DNA of 63,239 nt, filler included, from Basidiobolus ranarum (lineage: Eukaryota), in assembly GCA_040143965.1 (NCBI GenBank). It is 3 parts of 3 records of this genome, joined end to end, with 100 filler letters (N's around TTAATTAATTAA, not from the genome) between each part and the next. Parts side by side here need not be neighbours in the genome. Positions count along the whole stretch, not along the records: positions 21,262 to 42,202 come from JASJQH010007091.1; 2 more parts are not named here. One strand, written 5' to 3'. The position numbers and the translations under genes are program-made. This document shows positions 23,890-37,500 of this stretch, one piece after another. Below the pieces are notes generated by a model. It saw only the letters and a list, made by a program, of their open reading frames with translations. It ran no database searches and was not told the origin of the DNA. The stretch's first letter is position 1. Every line of letters starts with the position of its first letter.

Positions 23890-26882
23890 GGAAGGGCTCG
23901 TGTAGAGTGAGTTATTTTGAAGAATAATGTTTAGGGAATAGGGCATAAACATCTTAATGCTGAGCTTGTGAATTGGATATGAAGAGGTGTGCAACACTGC
24001 GTGCAACTTTTATAATGTAAAAGTGATGGATTAATATGACACAATCCCAATATCCCTATGTCTATCCCTTTCTCAATTAGAGTTTGCCATATGCTGATTT
24101 GGCAAAATCAATTTAGTCGAGTTCTTTTACTCCATCACGACTACAGTATGGGAATGAATTTGGCCCATACAAATTGCTTAACGTTTGGAGGATTTGCATC
24201 AGGCGCCAAATCTATAAATATCGCAGTATATTGAGCGTACCAACTAGTTAAATGGATCCACATTCGGTAGCTATGGCAATGATACAAGTTTAGAATAAGG
24301 TTTATGATGCGCTCTAGTACTCACTCCATACCCACTCCTTATCATGTGGTAAACAAATGAATATCAACTCCAACATAATCGTATGGGCCAACTGGCCAAT
24401 CAAGATGGCCACTGGAGCCGGATCATTCGTATTCTTCCGGTGGTGCTATGGATCTCATGATCAGGTTCCATAAATAACATATCATTAAGGTCGATGATCA
24501 TTTCTATTTTTAACAACAATACAAATATACAGGAATTTAGACAACACAGGATTCTATATTCTGTCATCATTATATTATCGCAAAGCTATTTTTGTACGAT
24601 CCCAGGCTGGAGTTGAAAAATTTGCCTCGAAATTTTGCTATAATAAGGGCCAAATTTTATGCAACCAGTATACAAAGAACAGCATTCCTTCCGTTTGGTC
24701 TTTCGGTCTAACTTCATTACGCATCTACAGAAAGTGAGACTTTACTTTTATCGATGGCTTTTCTAACTCTTTTACGAACAACCCTACTTTACTCGAATAC
24801 TGGTGATTCTCAATGTTGAAGGGGAAAGGGCATATTCATGCTATAACATCACAAAGGTACTAAACTTATAGTGCAACCACATTCTTTCCGCAGATCTCGA
24901 AATTTCTGCTTGTCCAAGCAAGTAGTTTTGCTGAGTATTCACAAGACACAAGAATACTCACGTAATATCTCTCTGTACCCCAAGCTGGTCGAACTCTTAT
25001 ATCTATATGGCTGAGTGACTAATAGAGTTAGAACTGATGTTTACTGGACAAACCTTGGAATGCCCATACTAATTGAACTTTGAGAAAAGATTGTCTGCCG
25101 CCAGGATTAATTTGGCAAGCTTCGGCTCATAAGATAAATGTTCTAAATAGGCTAAAACAATTAGTAATTTCTTAATAAGGAGATTGTCCTAAATTTGTTT
25201 CTATTCACTTGACTGATGGTTTTCATTTGGCAAGGTGATATAAATCCATTTGGTTCATGTCCAAATTTGTTAATTTTAGAGCGCCTAGCAGTTTCCAATA
25301 TCTTGCTGATGTCTGTCAATATACACTACAGTCGTTGTCAAATACAGAATCAGCTAGTGACCTGAAGAGTTAGGGTTAAGTAACAGTTTAACTCAGTGTC
25401 ATTAAAGCCTTTTTGGGCCAGTGTGAAAGTACTTAGGTAGCTATCTGAATCACTGTATGAGCAAGAATCTTCATATTCGCCCCGCCTGCTCAATTAGTCA
25501 TCAATAAATATTTAATAATCAATCATTACAAGAATCCATACTCACAAGGAAGTGGCTATTTTCTTGTTTTCGGTGTTGTAATCAGCGTACTTTGAGTTAT
25601 TAAAGGCACAGTTAAAATATCTAGTATTTACATTTGGGCAATTAAAGATCCATCAATTTATCTGACATCTATATTGATCTGATTTTCAATCAAATGGATG
25701 CCATAATTCCGATGTTCCTTTACCACTAGTATTTTCCTAGGTCAACTCAAAATGAGGATAGCAAATAATATGTTTCTGCGTAAAACTAGCCTTTAATAAT
25801 CAAGACTAGAAGATCTTTGTAGGTGCAACCCCAACTACCTTTAAATAGTCGTAAAAAGCATAAGGTAAATAGCATCCGTAATCTACACAAGACTACTGTG
25901 TAAGTCTACACATCGTCTACGCTAGATAACAACGCAGTTAATACCAGAGGAATTGCTAGATTATTTTACTTTTCATTCTCCGCTTCATTGTGAGGGACAA
26001 GGGCTATATATGATCAAGCAACTGGAAAGTCGAAGGAGAGTACCAAAATGCCTTCTCCGATTCAATCCAGTCTGATAACTCGGTTCATCGATTAGGCGAA
26101 GCATGGTACTCAGTTAGGGATGACCTTTGGTCAACTCTATAGAAGAAACGCTGCTCAAACTCTACTATTTCAGCTATGGTGGCATTTTACTTTTGGTCAG
26201 GTTTGGTTGCTTCATGGGCAATGCTACGAGTAAATAGTTGAAAGCAAATAAGTACATATGTATGCGCACCTGCTGAAGTAGACGTATCTGTTAGACGCTC
26301 TTATTCGCCACTTTGACTTCAACTCATTGGAATTTTAGTAATCCGTATAGTCTAGCCACTGTTAAACTTTAGCTCACTATCTCATAAGAATACTGATAAT
26401 CTAATTCTTCCTTAATAATGTAAGCAAAAATAATCTCCGATTGGGAGATAGAAGATGACACGGAAGCATCATTCGTTCAGATCTTGACAACCGGACCTAT
26501 TGTTTAGATGCTATATCGGGATCTGAACTAGCTGATGAAATTCAAATCCCAAGTGTTTAATTGGATAGAAAATGGAATTTTTCAGCTGTTCCGGTACATA
26601 ACCCATTAGCCCTTCTAAATGAGGGAGATTTGGTATAACACGTTTTCGAATGACATGTGGCTGTTGATGTAGTTATCTTTGAAAGAGAAATTCCATCTGG
26701 AGTATTCTATCCAAACCCAATCGGAATATCCAACTGTAACCTCTTTAGTTACTATTATACATCCCATACAGTATTGACAGAATTCCATATGTTTTGGTTT
26801 AGCCAGCCACGGATAGTGTAAATTCCCCATCCAGAGAAATAATTTGTCAACCTTTTGCCTGAGCTTAATAAAATCAACCAAT

Positions 26883-26966
26883 CAATTTCTCCCACCTAAT
26901 AATCATCCAATTTCTCCCACCTAATAATCATCCAATTTCACCCTCCTAATAATCATTCAATTTCAC
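26883..26966. repeat. 25-bp minisatellite, about 3.4 copies
   Basis: Unit CAATTTCTCCCACCTAATAATCATC starts at 26883, 26908, 26933 and 26958. The first two copies are identical; later ones diverge. Confidence 0.9.
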
Positions 26967-27459
26967 GTGTCTTATACTTGATCAAGATACGCCAGCATTA
27001 GTCACCAATCCTATCCCGTTTTCAACCTTACTGATGGGCACATTGTGATTGAGATGACCTGATCACCATACAATGTTTATGGATATCCTGTCAATTATTC
27101 TATGAGAATTGGATGAGGATAATCTCATTGTCCTTTTTGTGGATTTGCTGTTTATATAGGACACTTGCACAGTTCTGCTCTCAGATCCTTTGCAGGTGTT
27201 ATATTAGAGCCAGAGCGTTTTGAATAAATATTCAAGATAATTGTTTAGTTCTGAGGGTGTCAACGAATGTCATTTTGTTGTTACATTCAAATATACCTCT
27301 GCAGCACAGGTATCTATCAATGATGAGAAAAATACATATCTGGCTGCATTAGGGAGCCTATTTTATATTGGCACCTAAGGAAAATTAACAAAATAAATTA
27401 TCTGGGTGAGAGATTGAGAACTAAGTCATAAAGTTTTTACTGTGTTGTTCCTTTACCTC

Positions 27460-27476
27460 TTAGGGTTAGGGTTAGG
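27460..27476 (+). repeat. Short interstitial telomere-like repeat
   Basis: TTAGGGTTAGGGTTAGG. Confidence 0.6.
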
Positions 27477-30400
27477 TGCCAAACAGCCAGGTTTAACCAA
27501 ACAACAAATGGCACTTGAACATTTTGATAGATGCAGCATTAACATACAATCTGTGCTACCTATTTTCATCACTTAGTATGAAAGGCAAAAGAATGAGGGC
27601 TCTAACTGGTGAATTCTAAAGGCTACTTTAAATCATTGATTGAGTAACAAGAAGAATTTGTGTTGGCAGATCGTGACATAATGGGTATGGACTTTGTATA
27701 TTAAAGGCAACTTATGATAGTGTTTTAGTTACTTTATTCTTAAAAGAATATGGTGACTTATATAGCAGAAAAGTCAATCACTAGCTCAAGATATTCAGGA
27801 ATTTGCGTAATAAGATATAATAGATAAGTGAGGGTAACAAGATATTCTGGTTACATAGATATAGAGATTAAAATATAGTGGCCATAGATATGTTGCTTCT
27901 GCTTCTGATATATTTATCATAGCTAAGGTTAACCAAGGAGTTGAATAAAGATTAACCATCCAACAATTGCTCATCTAGAAATGGGACCATCCCCCAATTG
28001 AATTTTTGCCATAATGCATTGTAACCAAGTATTATAATCAGCTCTTTGAATGGGAAACTGTGAGATAATTTGTTGCAGAGTACTGCTACTAGGAAGAGTG
28101 GGGATGCTCTGCACTGTCTAATAGTCATGGCATCACCATCCTTCAGCGACCACTGAAATATTGATACGCCATGCTCTGCCCTAATTGAAATTTGGAGATA
28201 AATTGTACAAACCATCATGAGTATAACCATATTTTAGTTCACAGTCTTTATTCTGACATAAGATTTGAAAGATAGATTGAAGTCTATTCACCTTTTCAGT
28301 CTGAGGATTGGATTCCCCAGAGTGGCCAAATAGCTACTCATTATTGGCAACAATAACCAATAATGCAGGTTAAGTAACATTTGAGAAAAACAACTTAATT
28401 TAAACCTATCTAATAACTTGTAGACTAGTGTCCAGCCCTCAAACGGGAATTGTTGTTCGCAATAAACATAAGCTTAGATAGTCATTAATGGCTTGGCCCC
28501 AAGATAATGATAAGTTATATTTAAATTAAACCAAAACACAATATTGACTATCAAGACACTTAACATTAATATACAAGGTTTAGTATTGTAATCAGCAGTT
28601 ATAGAATGCATACATATTGTTGCAACGCTCTATCTTATGGCAATACCATTAAAATATTTGATCATCGACTACTGGATGATGGACGATCTGTGCTTTAAGT
28701 TATCAGCACATATGAGACGAAAAAAAATATCAGAACAGAAGGTCTACTTGGACTCGAACTTCAAATGTGATTTCAGGAAATCTACTGTCTGATCGTTGCA
28801 ACATTGGGTTATTAGTGCGACAAAATATACGTTAAATACAGGCAGAGATGTAAGTACGCTTTATCACCAATGATCCAAGTCTATTGATAGTTCCAATTGA
28901 TCATCGAGCCTGAGTTTGAGCATTTTGCAGTGTATTATTTAGTAAAGTTGGTCCATATATCGACCAGCAAGCGCAGGCATGTATGATTCAATAGAATAGT
29001 ACTCAGTATGCTTCTGAAAATTTGAATCATTGAGGTGCAAATCCGGGATGTATGGGTCTTTCGATTTAATATTAGCGGTCCCAACTTTGAGCTTTGCTGT
29101 TACATCCGGTAAGGATAGTTTGAAGCAAGAGTAATTTGGAGGATATAGAAGTGATGGAAACAGTAAGATACGCCGCCTCTGTGAGATATATTTGTTGAGA
29201 TGTTGTGATATTCTTGAATCAATGTATGTACCTAAGAGAAGACAGATATCTTGGCAGCTGTTCCTCTTACACTCTGATAGCTAAAAGTAAGGATGGTTGT
29301 ATAAGAATGGAATATACCCGACGTTTTTCTACAAATAAGCTGGATCTTGATTGCAAAGCTATGCTATAAAAATATTATGTGAATAGAAGTGCATAGCGTA
29401 TAATCACAAATATTCCACTTTTAGCCGCTCTAAAGAATACTTGAGGGAGTAATATACATAAGATGCATTTACCATATGCATTTACTAAAAACGTATCTGT
29501 ACTATTTGAGCAATAGAGTCAATAATTGTATTTGTCATCATTCTTACCGTAACATCGGCTTTGATTCGCTTTTTCTCGCAAAGAAAGCAGTGTTGAACTC
29601 TCTTCAGTAGCCACAAAGGCATGTCCAGCTCACCAAGTCTCTGTCATTTGAAATTCCAATTGATTTGTGTTCATGGTCAGTTGCATCTCTGGTGAGTAGT
29701 TACGTCTCAGACGTAAACTAGTTGGATATAGTTGGTGGGAATAAATCGCAACTGTGGCACTTATTCAGTAGCACCAATGGCAAGTGTAACCGTACCCGTA
29801 TATTAGCATAGCCACGAGTATAGTATAAGTCGGATATTACTTATTTAGCTGTCATTCATTGTTACCAGTCAACCTACCATCTAATTAATAAGTAACAAGA
29901 TTCCAACAAACGGAATATCAAGATCGGTATCAGGATAGAGATCTGCTTTCATGACTTTTAAAAATCCCTCTCACAAGAATTCGGTGGCGATCAAATGTTA
30001 TCGTTTCTTTTTAAATTCCTTAGCAATAATGTTCCCCACATGCGTATTTCCAGCAAGTATACAAGAATATCTTGAGTACTATCTGTTTTTCTCATGAAGT
30101 AATCTATCTTTGGCTAAAAGAAGAAAAAACGATCCAGTTTTTATTACTTCAGGTAAAGGACAACCATTGTAAGTTACGTTCATTATATATGTATACAACA
30201 TTCAAGACCTGGCCACTGTAGTCTAGAACAGTTCCTTAAGATCTTCATCTCCATACTTTGCACTTAGATTATCGGGACACAATCAGCAGTAGATTGGCGC
30301 GATGAATGTTTTATAAAAAATCCGGGTAGAGATGTGAGCTACTATAAGCCTTCCTCATAGTCGCTATTGTTGAAGCAAGCGTACACAAACAGAATATAAT

Positions 30401-31531
30401 TTAGTATATCTGAAAGGGGTCAAAATTATTCAAATAAGCACGACATATAATTTTCCAATTAAAGTATAGATTTACCTTTGAAAATCAATATTTTTATCAA
30501 TGCACCTCCAACTTGACCCAAATACTGACAGTAATTAGCTGAGTATACATATAAATAGAAATAAGAATAAGAATATATAGATAGTTTGAGCTATATAGTA
30601 CAGGTGCAAATTCGGGTAAAGTTGGTATTTGAAATCTACTAATGAAACTTCCTATTAGTGCCCCAAGATGCTCGTAATTAACTTCTTCAGCAAGATTATG
30701 AAGCACGTAAGATTATTGGTACCGATAAGGACTAAATGTAACCACATTACAAGCAGTCAACCCCTCTCCGAAGCTAAACTGGTAATACTTCAGTATAAAC
30801 TCTACAGTGACAGATGATGTAACTGCTATTTTCTAAGCACGATTGTTTCATGCATACCTAGCAAGAAATTAAGGTGCTATTGACTTTACTCCAAATTAGG
30901 AATAGATATACAAGATGCATCGGGGTTCATAATGCTAGATATTATATATATATAGGATCATATAATGCCTCTGTATAAATTCAGAGATTCCAACCAACCC
31001 AACCGCTTAATACTCTATAGACTCGTAATACATGGCAGAATCCTCATAGTTAATATCTGTGATATTCCTTTTGTATTACTTTTCTAATTGCAAGCCGATG
31101 TTTGTTATCGGTCAAATTCCATCGAGTTGTGTACAAAATCATAAATGAAAATGGACTTGTACCATAGACAATATATGGGGATACAGCAATCCAATATATG
31201 GTGCGTATGACAAGGTTGTTTGTTTTGGATTTGGTAGTACATGTTGAAACCTCCTCTTTAAAAATTTCAAAAACAATGCGCACCGCACTGTACGCAACCT
31301 ACGCCTACTGGTACTATAGGTACGTATGAAGCGGATCCACCAGAGATAGTATGCAAGTGAGGCTTTGATGTACTACACTTGTATGAGTTTTTACCTGCGC
31401 TAATACTTCTAAAATAGTAATGATTTACCAAGTTGAAGCTACGCATGCTGATTTTAGAAATAGAAGCACTTTCTTAAATAGCCTTATAAGCATGGGATAT
31501 CCACACTATTGAAGAAAACCATACCTCTACA

Positions 31532-34500
31532 ATGAGTGCATTGAACATTAGCCTGTGCCAATTTCCGCGGCTCCATAGCAATGAAGTTTCGAACTCAAGT
31601 GAAACTTTCCAAATTGCCCATTCAGATGTTGTAGATGAACTACCAGGACTCGAGAAAGCATTGATACATGCCGCATGGATAGTGTTACTTAACCTCTACA
31701 CCAGAAATTCTGATATCACTTATGCCTACGACGATGATCATGAGCCCTTATTGACTTTTTCCACTGTCTTCAACGAGGACACTGAGGATATTCCTGTGAT
31801 ACATTGGATTGGTCAATTGAATAAGGATCTGCAAGTAAATACACCAGAGACTTCCAGGTTATTTACTGAAGACACTACCAATGCATTCAACACCTATGTC
31901 TCCTTTCGCCGTCAAGAGAAAACAATAGAATTCCCACCGAATTCAGAGGTAACATCATATGTGATATTTAGATGAACTTAAGACTAAAGCTTACATTATA
32001 ATTTCATCTATATAGCTCGCAATTAGTCTGCTGGGCTGGCTTGAAGACGGCAACCTAACCGTTAAACTGACATTTTCAAAGAACCATTTTCAACTAGAAC
32101 AAGGTCAATTATTTGCTGAACAATTTGTTTACATTACAAATACCTTGCTCCAAAATTTGAACACTTCCATTAAGTCATTGAATTGGACCCCTGCCAATGA
32201 GAAATCCCTATTTCTGAATGAATGGCAAGCAGGAAAATCAGACTACTGTAAAGAACTAGACGATACCTGTATACACCACCTCATTGAACATCAGGTAGAA
32301 AAAACCCCCAAAAATATTGCTCTACAGTTTGAAGATAAGGAGCTAGTCACCTACGCCGAACTAAATAAGCGAGCTAATAAATTCGCTCACTTTCTTATTG
32401 CAACTGGTGTTGGACCTGAAGATATAGTGGCAATATGTCTGGAAAAATCAATCAATATGATTATTACAATCATGGCCGTGCTCAAAGCAGGAGCTTCTTA
32501 TGTACCTCTGGACCCAGAATTTCCGAAGGAACGTGTATCATTTATTGTCGAAGACACTAATGCTAAAATCATCATTACCACTACCGATTTAGAAATCGTA
32601 TTCAACCAATGCTCCGCTGTACAATTGTTATCATTAGATAGAGAGGATGTTGAGTTTAGCCAACAACCAGATACAAATCCCGAGATAGCAAATCTGAAAT
32701 CGTCCAACCTCTGTTATCTAATTTTCACTTCTGGTTCTACAGGAACTCCCAAAGGTGTGATGTTGGAGCATCGTGGAGTAGTCAATTATGTTGTTGCGCA
32801 TCAGAAGATCCTTAACCTCAGCCAAAACGATCGCTTTCTGCAATTTTCTAATTACACATTTGACGCATCCATACTTGATATCTTCGTTACTCTTACTACT
32901 GGATCTCGCATATGTCTAGCCTCCAAAAATAATCTGCTTACAAATTTGTCAGAGATGGCAAGTATGATGAAAGTGACCGCAGCTCAATTGACTACCACTG
33001 TTGCTGGTTTATTGAATCCTAACGAGGTGCCTACCCTTAAGCTTCTACAGCAAGGTGGTGAGATGTTAACAAAGCCGGTTCGTGATACTTGGGTCGAAGG
33101 AGTAACACTTCACAACGGTTATGGCCCAACTGAAACAACCGTATATACTATCATTAGAACATCTTTGAGTAAATTCACACCCTGCACCAACATTGGGTGG
33201 CCTATCGGTCGTAACAAAGTGTTCATCCTAAACGACAGGTTGGAAACCATTCCACTTGGTGCTATTGGTGAATTATGCTTTGGTGGGCCACAACTTGCTC
33301 GTGGTTATTTAAACAAGCCAGATCTCACTGAGAAAGTGTTTGTAAGTTCACCATTCACCAAGGGAGAACGTCTATATAAATCAGGTGATTTAGCTCGATT
33401 CAATCCAGATGGATCCATCACTATTCTAGGTCGTAAAGATAATCAAATCAAGCTTAACGGGCTACGAATCGAACTGGATGAAGTGGAGCACGCATTACAT
33501 CAGTATCCTGAACTATTAAGAGCATCGGTAAGACTATTAAATGTCAAAAAAAACAACAAAAATCGTGCTCTGGTGGCATTTCTGACTATGAAGAACATGA
33601 CTAAAGAGGACGGACCCGTAGTAACCATTGACAACCTTGAGTACCCCGAAGTTACCGCGCGCATATCAAAACTTCAAGACCATATGAGAACCAAGCTTCC
33701 ACCATACATGGTACCAACTATATGGGTACCCTTGACACGCTTTCCCATAACTACAAGCGGTAAAGTCGATTTAAGAGCTTTAGAAGCAATTTATAATATT
33801 AGTCCTCCAGATCACCTCCGAAGCTTCACCCAAGATCCCAAGGATATCAAAAGGAAGCCCAGCTCTCCACTTGAAGAGATATTGCTGAGTGTCTGGGCAG
33901 ATGTACTCAACATCGATATTTCTCTTATAGGTACGGATGACTCGTTTTATCACTTGGGAGGTGATTCTATTTCTGCAATTCAAATATCTTCTCAGTGTCG
34001 TCAAAAAGGTGTCAATGTCTCTGTCCAGAGTATACTGCTACATCCAACTATTCACCAACTTAACAACTACGCTGAATTTGCCACAGAAAAACATATATAT
34101 ACCACCGAAGACGAAGAGGAGGGACATGGCTTAGTTCCATTAACTCCAATTCAGCATCAATTCTTCGGTATCAACCAAACAGATGTAAACCATTTCCATC
34201 TTTCATGGCTGGTAAAAGTTAGAGAGCCGATTAGCGTCTCTGTGCTGCAGAAGGCAATAGATGATCTCGTCTCCCACCACTCGATGCTTCGAGTTCGATT
34301 CAAACATATAAATGGACATTGGGAGCAACGAATTCTACCAGAGAATGAGAATAATATCAATGTTCTGGAGTATCAAGTTTCCAATGTAAAGCAACTGAGA
34401 GCGAATATCTATCAGATTCAACGTAGGCTCTCGATTGAAAAAGGGCCTGTTAGTTCCTTCGTACTCTATAAACTTCCGGATGGTGAACAGCTAATGTTCA

Positions 34501-37500
34501 TGACCATACATCATTATCTTATAGATTTGGTTTCTTGGCGCATTATATGGGAAGACCTTGAAAATATACTTAGCGGGCAGCCTCTATCATATAAATCTTT
34601 GTCCTTCAAAGCTTGGAGTAAGCTACTAGGAATGCATGCCAGATCACTGAGCCTTGAAGATTATCCCAGTCAAGCACCGATAAAGCCATTAGATATTGAT
34701 GTAACAAAACTTCCACTAAACACAATGGAAACAGTAAATACCTTATCGTTTACCCTGGAAACCGAGCATACTAACCTGCTATTTGGTGCAAGTAACGACG
34801 TTTACAGAACAGAGGCTGTAGATTTCATGCTCTCTACTCTTGCAGCATCTTATTGTACTACTTTCAACTCCCAATCTCTGACTATTGCAACTGAAGGCCA
34901 TGGTCGAGAACCATGGAATGATTCCATTGATGTATCACGAACCGTTGGGTGGTTTACTTCAATCTATCCGGTAACTATTGAAAGACAGCCCGGAGATACT
35001 CTGATCGATGTACTAAAGCGAACTAAAGATGTTCGTAAGGGCATTCCACAACATGGATTCACGTATGGGCTGCTTCGATACTTGAATGAAGAGGCATCGA
35101 AAGTTCTTCGAAATGATCAGACACAAGTTGGCTTTAATTATCTGGGACGTTTCCAACATTTGGAGAAGACAGGGGCTCTCTTACAAGATGTCGATGATAA
35201 GTACAAATTTGACTTGAATCTTATTGGACCAAAATGGAGAAGAATGAATGCTATCGAAACCGAAGTAACAATACAGCACAATAACCTTACTTGCTCTATC
35301 TCTTACAGCAATGTCCTTCACAAGGAAGCAGATGTAAATCAATGGTTGCAATCATGGCGCCAATCATTAGTGGAGTTGGTTCATGTATGCGCGAATAAAG
35401 AGAAAGGAGAGCTAACTGTCTCTGACCTCCCACTTCTTGCGTTGCATGAAGACGAACTGAATCGATTGATCAATCAAATCTTACCTCAATATAGCCCAAA
35501 TCTTGGCTATAATGCGGAAGACATTTATCCTTGCTCGCCTATCCAGGAAGGGTTGATTATTGGAAATATGAGATCGCCTGAGCTCTATCATGTACAAGAT
35601 GTATACAAACTAGTTGGCGATCTGGATGTTGACCGACTGATTTCTTCTTGGAAAACAATAATACATGATCTCCCGATTTTGAGGACGGTATTTATCAACA
35701 ACCCATTTAGCCCAAGAACCTCCGGAGCGTACCTTCAGATTGTCCTGAAAGGATTAGAATTGAAATTCCAGCAATTTGCAGTAGAAAAGGATGAAATCAA
35801 TTCAGCTGTCAAGAATTATCTTGAAGGCGATTTAATCAAAGGATTCCCTCTCGGAGAGTCAAATATACGTTTATGCGTATTCCACGTTCGAAACGGCGAA
35901 AACAGGATGGTAATAAGTCGTCATCATTCCATTAACGATGGCTGGTCAGATAAAATTATTATGAATGATTTATCCGCTGTTTACAATGACACTAGGAGGC
36001 CTTCAGTTATTCCATATAAGGAGTACATTGCTCATCGCATGACCGAGAATAACGGTTTAGGCAATGATACAGGAGCAGATTATTGGGTAAGGTACTTATC
36101 CGGAACAGAGCCCTGTTCTTTTCCAAGGCTAGGGGGCCTAAGCGTCACCAAATCTGAGTGCTTACAACTAACCTCAAATGCTAAAATTGTAACTAAAGAT
36201 TTACGGAATTTTGCTAAGTCGGTGGGTGTCACACTTGCTACGTTGGTACAGGCAGCCTGGGGCCTAGTGCTACAGCCATATTATGCACAAGAAGATTTTA
36301 TATATGGAGTCATCACCAATGGTCGAAACATGGCCATGAAAAATATCGATAAGGTTATTGGACCTTGTATCAACACGTTGCCATTGAGAATTCAATACGA
36401 CAAAGAAATGCGCGTAGTAGATTTGTTGCGTAGAATTCATCTACACTTACTCACCAGTATTCCATTCCAAAATTGTGGTTTACAGAAAATCAACCAATGG
36501 TGTAAATCTAATGGAAACCCCATTAAATTTGACTCCATTCTTAATTTCCAATCTCTAGAAGACGATACCCAGGGGGACGATCAGTGTCAACTGAGATTTG
36601 AATTAGAGAGCATTTCGGAGCCAACAGAATACAAACTAACTCTAAATTCTTGGACTCAAAACGGATCAATTACCTTCCGATTGGATTTTAATAGCCATTC
36701 GGTAACTCGTACTCTGGCCCGCCACATATTGGGTAGATTGGAGGTAATTCTAGAAGCTATCATCAAGTCCAATAACGACACACAAATTCAAGTAATTCCC
36801 AAGATGACGGAATCAGAAAGAAATTTGATTAATGACTTCAACAAATCCAATTCCGAGGCCGTAGTGCAAGCACCAACCTATACGAACGAGGTTTTTGTTC
36901 ATGCATTGTTTGAAGATCAGGTTAGGATTAATCCGGACCGTGTGGCTGCTCAATACGAATCTTCTGAATTCACTACCTACAATGAGCTCAATAAGAGAGC
37001 AAATCGCCTAGCCCATCATCTCATAGAGAATGGTATTGGACCTGATATGATTGTTCCACTCTGTATGAACAAGTCGGTTTCTATGCTAGTAGCAATGCTA
37101 GCTGTTATGAAGGCAGGTGGTGCTTATACTCCTCTGGATCCTAAGAACCCAGTTGAACGAAATTTGTTTGTCATCAATGAAACTAAATCGAAAATCGTAA
37201 TCACGATGGATTGTTACAAACAATTCTTCCCGGATCAGAAGATTATTTCACTCGAGTCAGAAGTAGCTTTTGGCCACCACTCTGCCGAGAACCCAGAGGT
37301 TGAAAAACTGACACCATCCAACTTGTGCTATGTTTTGTTTACATCTGGCTCTACTGGCACACCTAAAGGAGTCATGTTGGAACACGCCGCAGTATGTAGT
37401 TCTATATGGGCCCAGAAAGCTATTTGGAATTTGAATGCAAATGATTCCGTGTTGCAATTTGCGTCATATACCTTCGACGCATCAGTCGTAGAGATATTTG

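Noticed and set aside
24932-24960. 9-bp inverted repeat TGAGTATTC...GAATACTCA
   Set aside because: Too short, with no target-site duplication or second copy seen, so not supportable as a MITE or terminator.
26883-26966. 25-bp repeats as a CRISPR-like array
   Set aside because: The units are directly adjacent with no spacers, the context is eukaryotic, and there are no cas genes.
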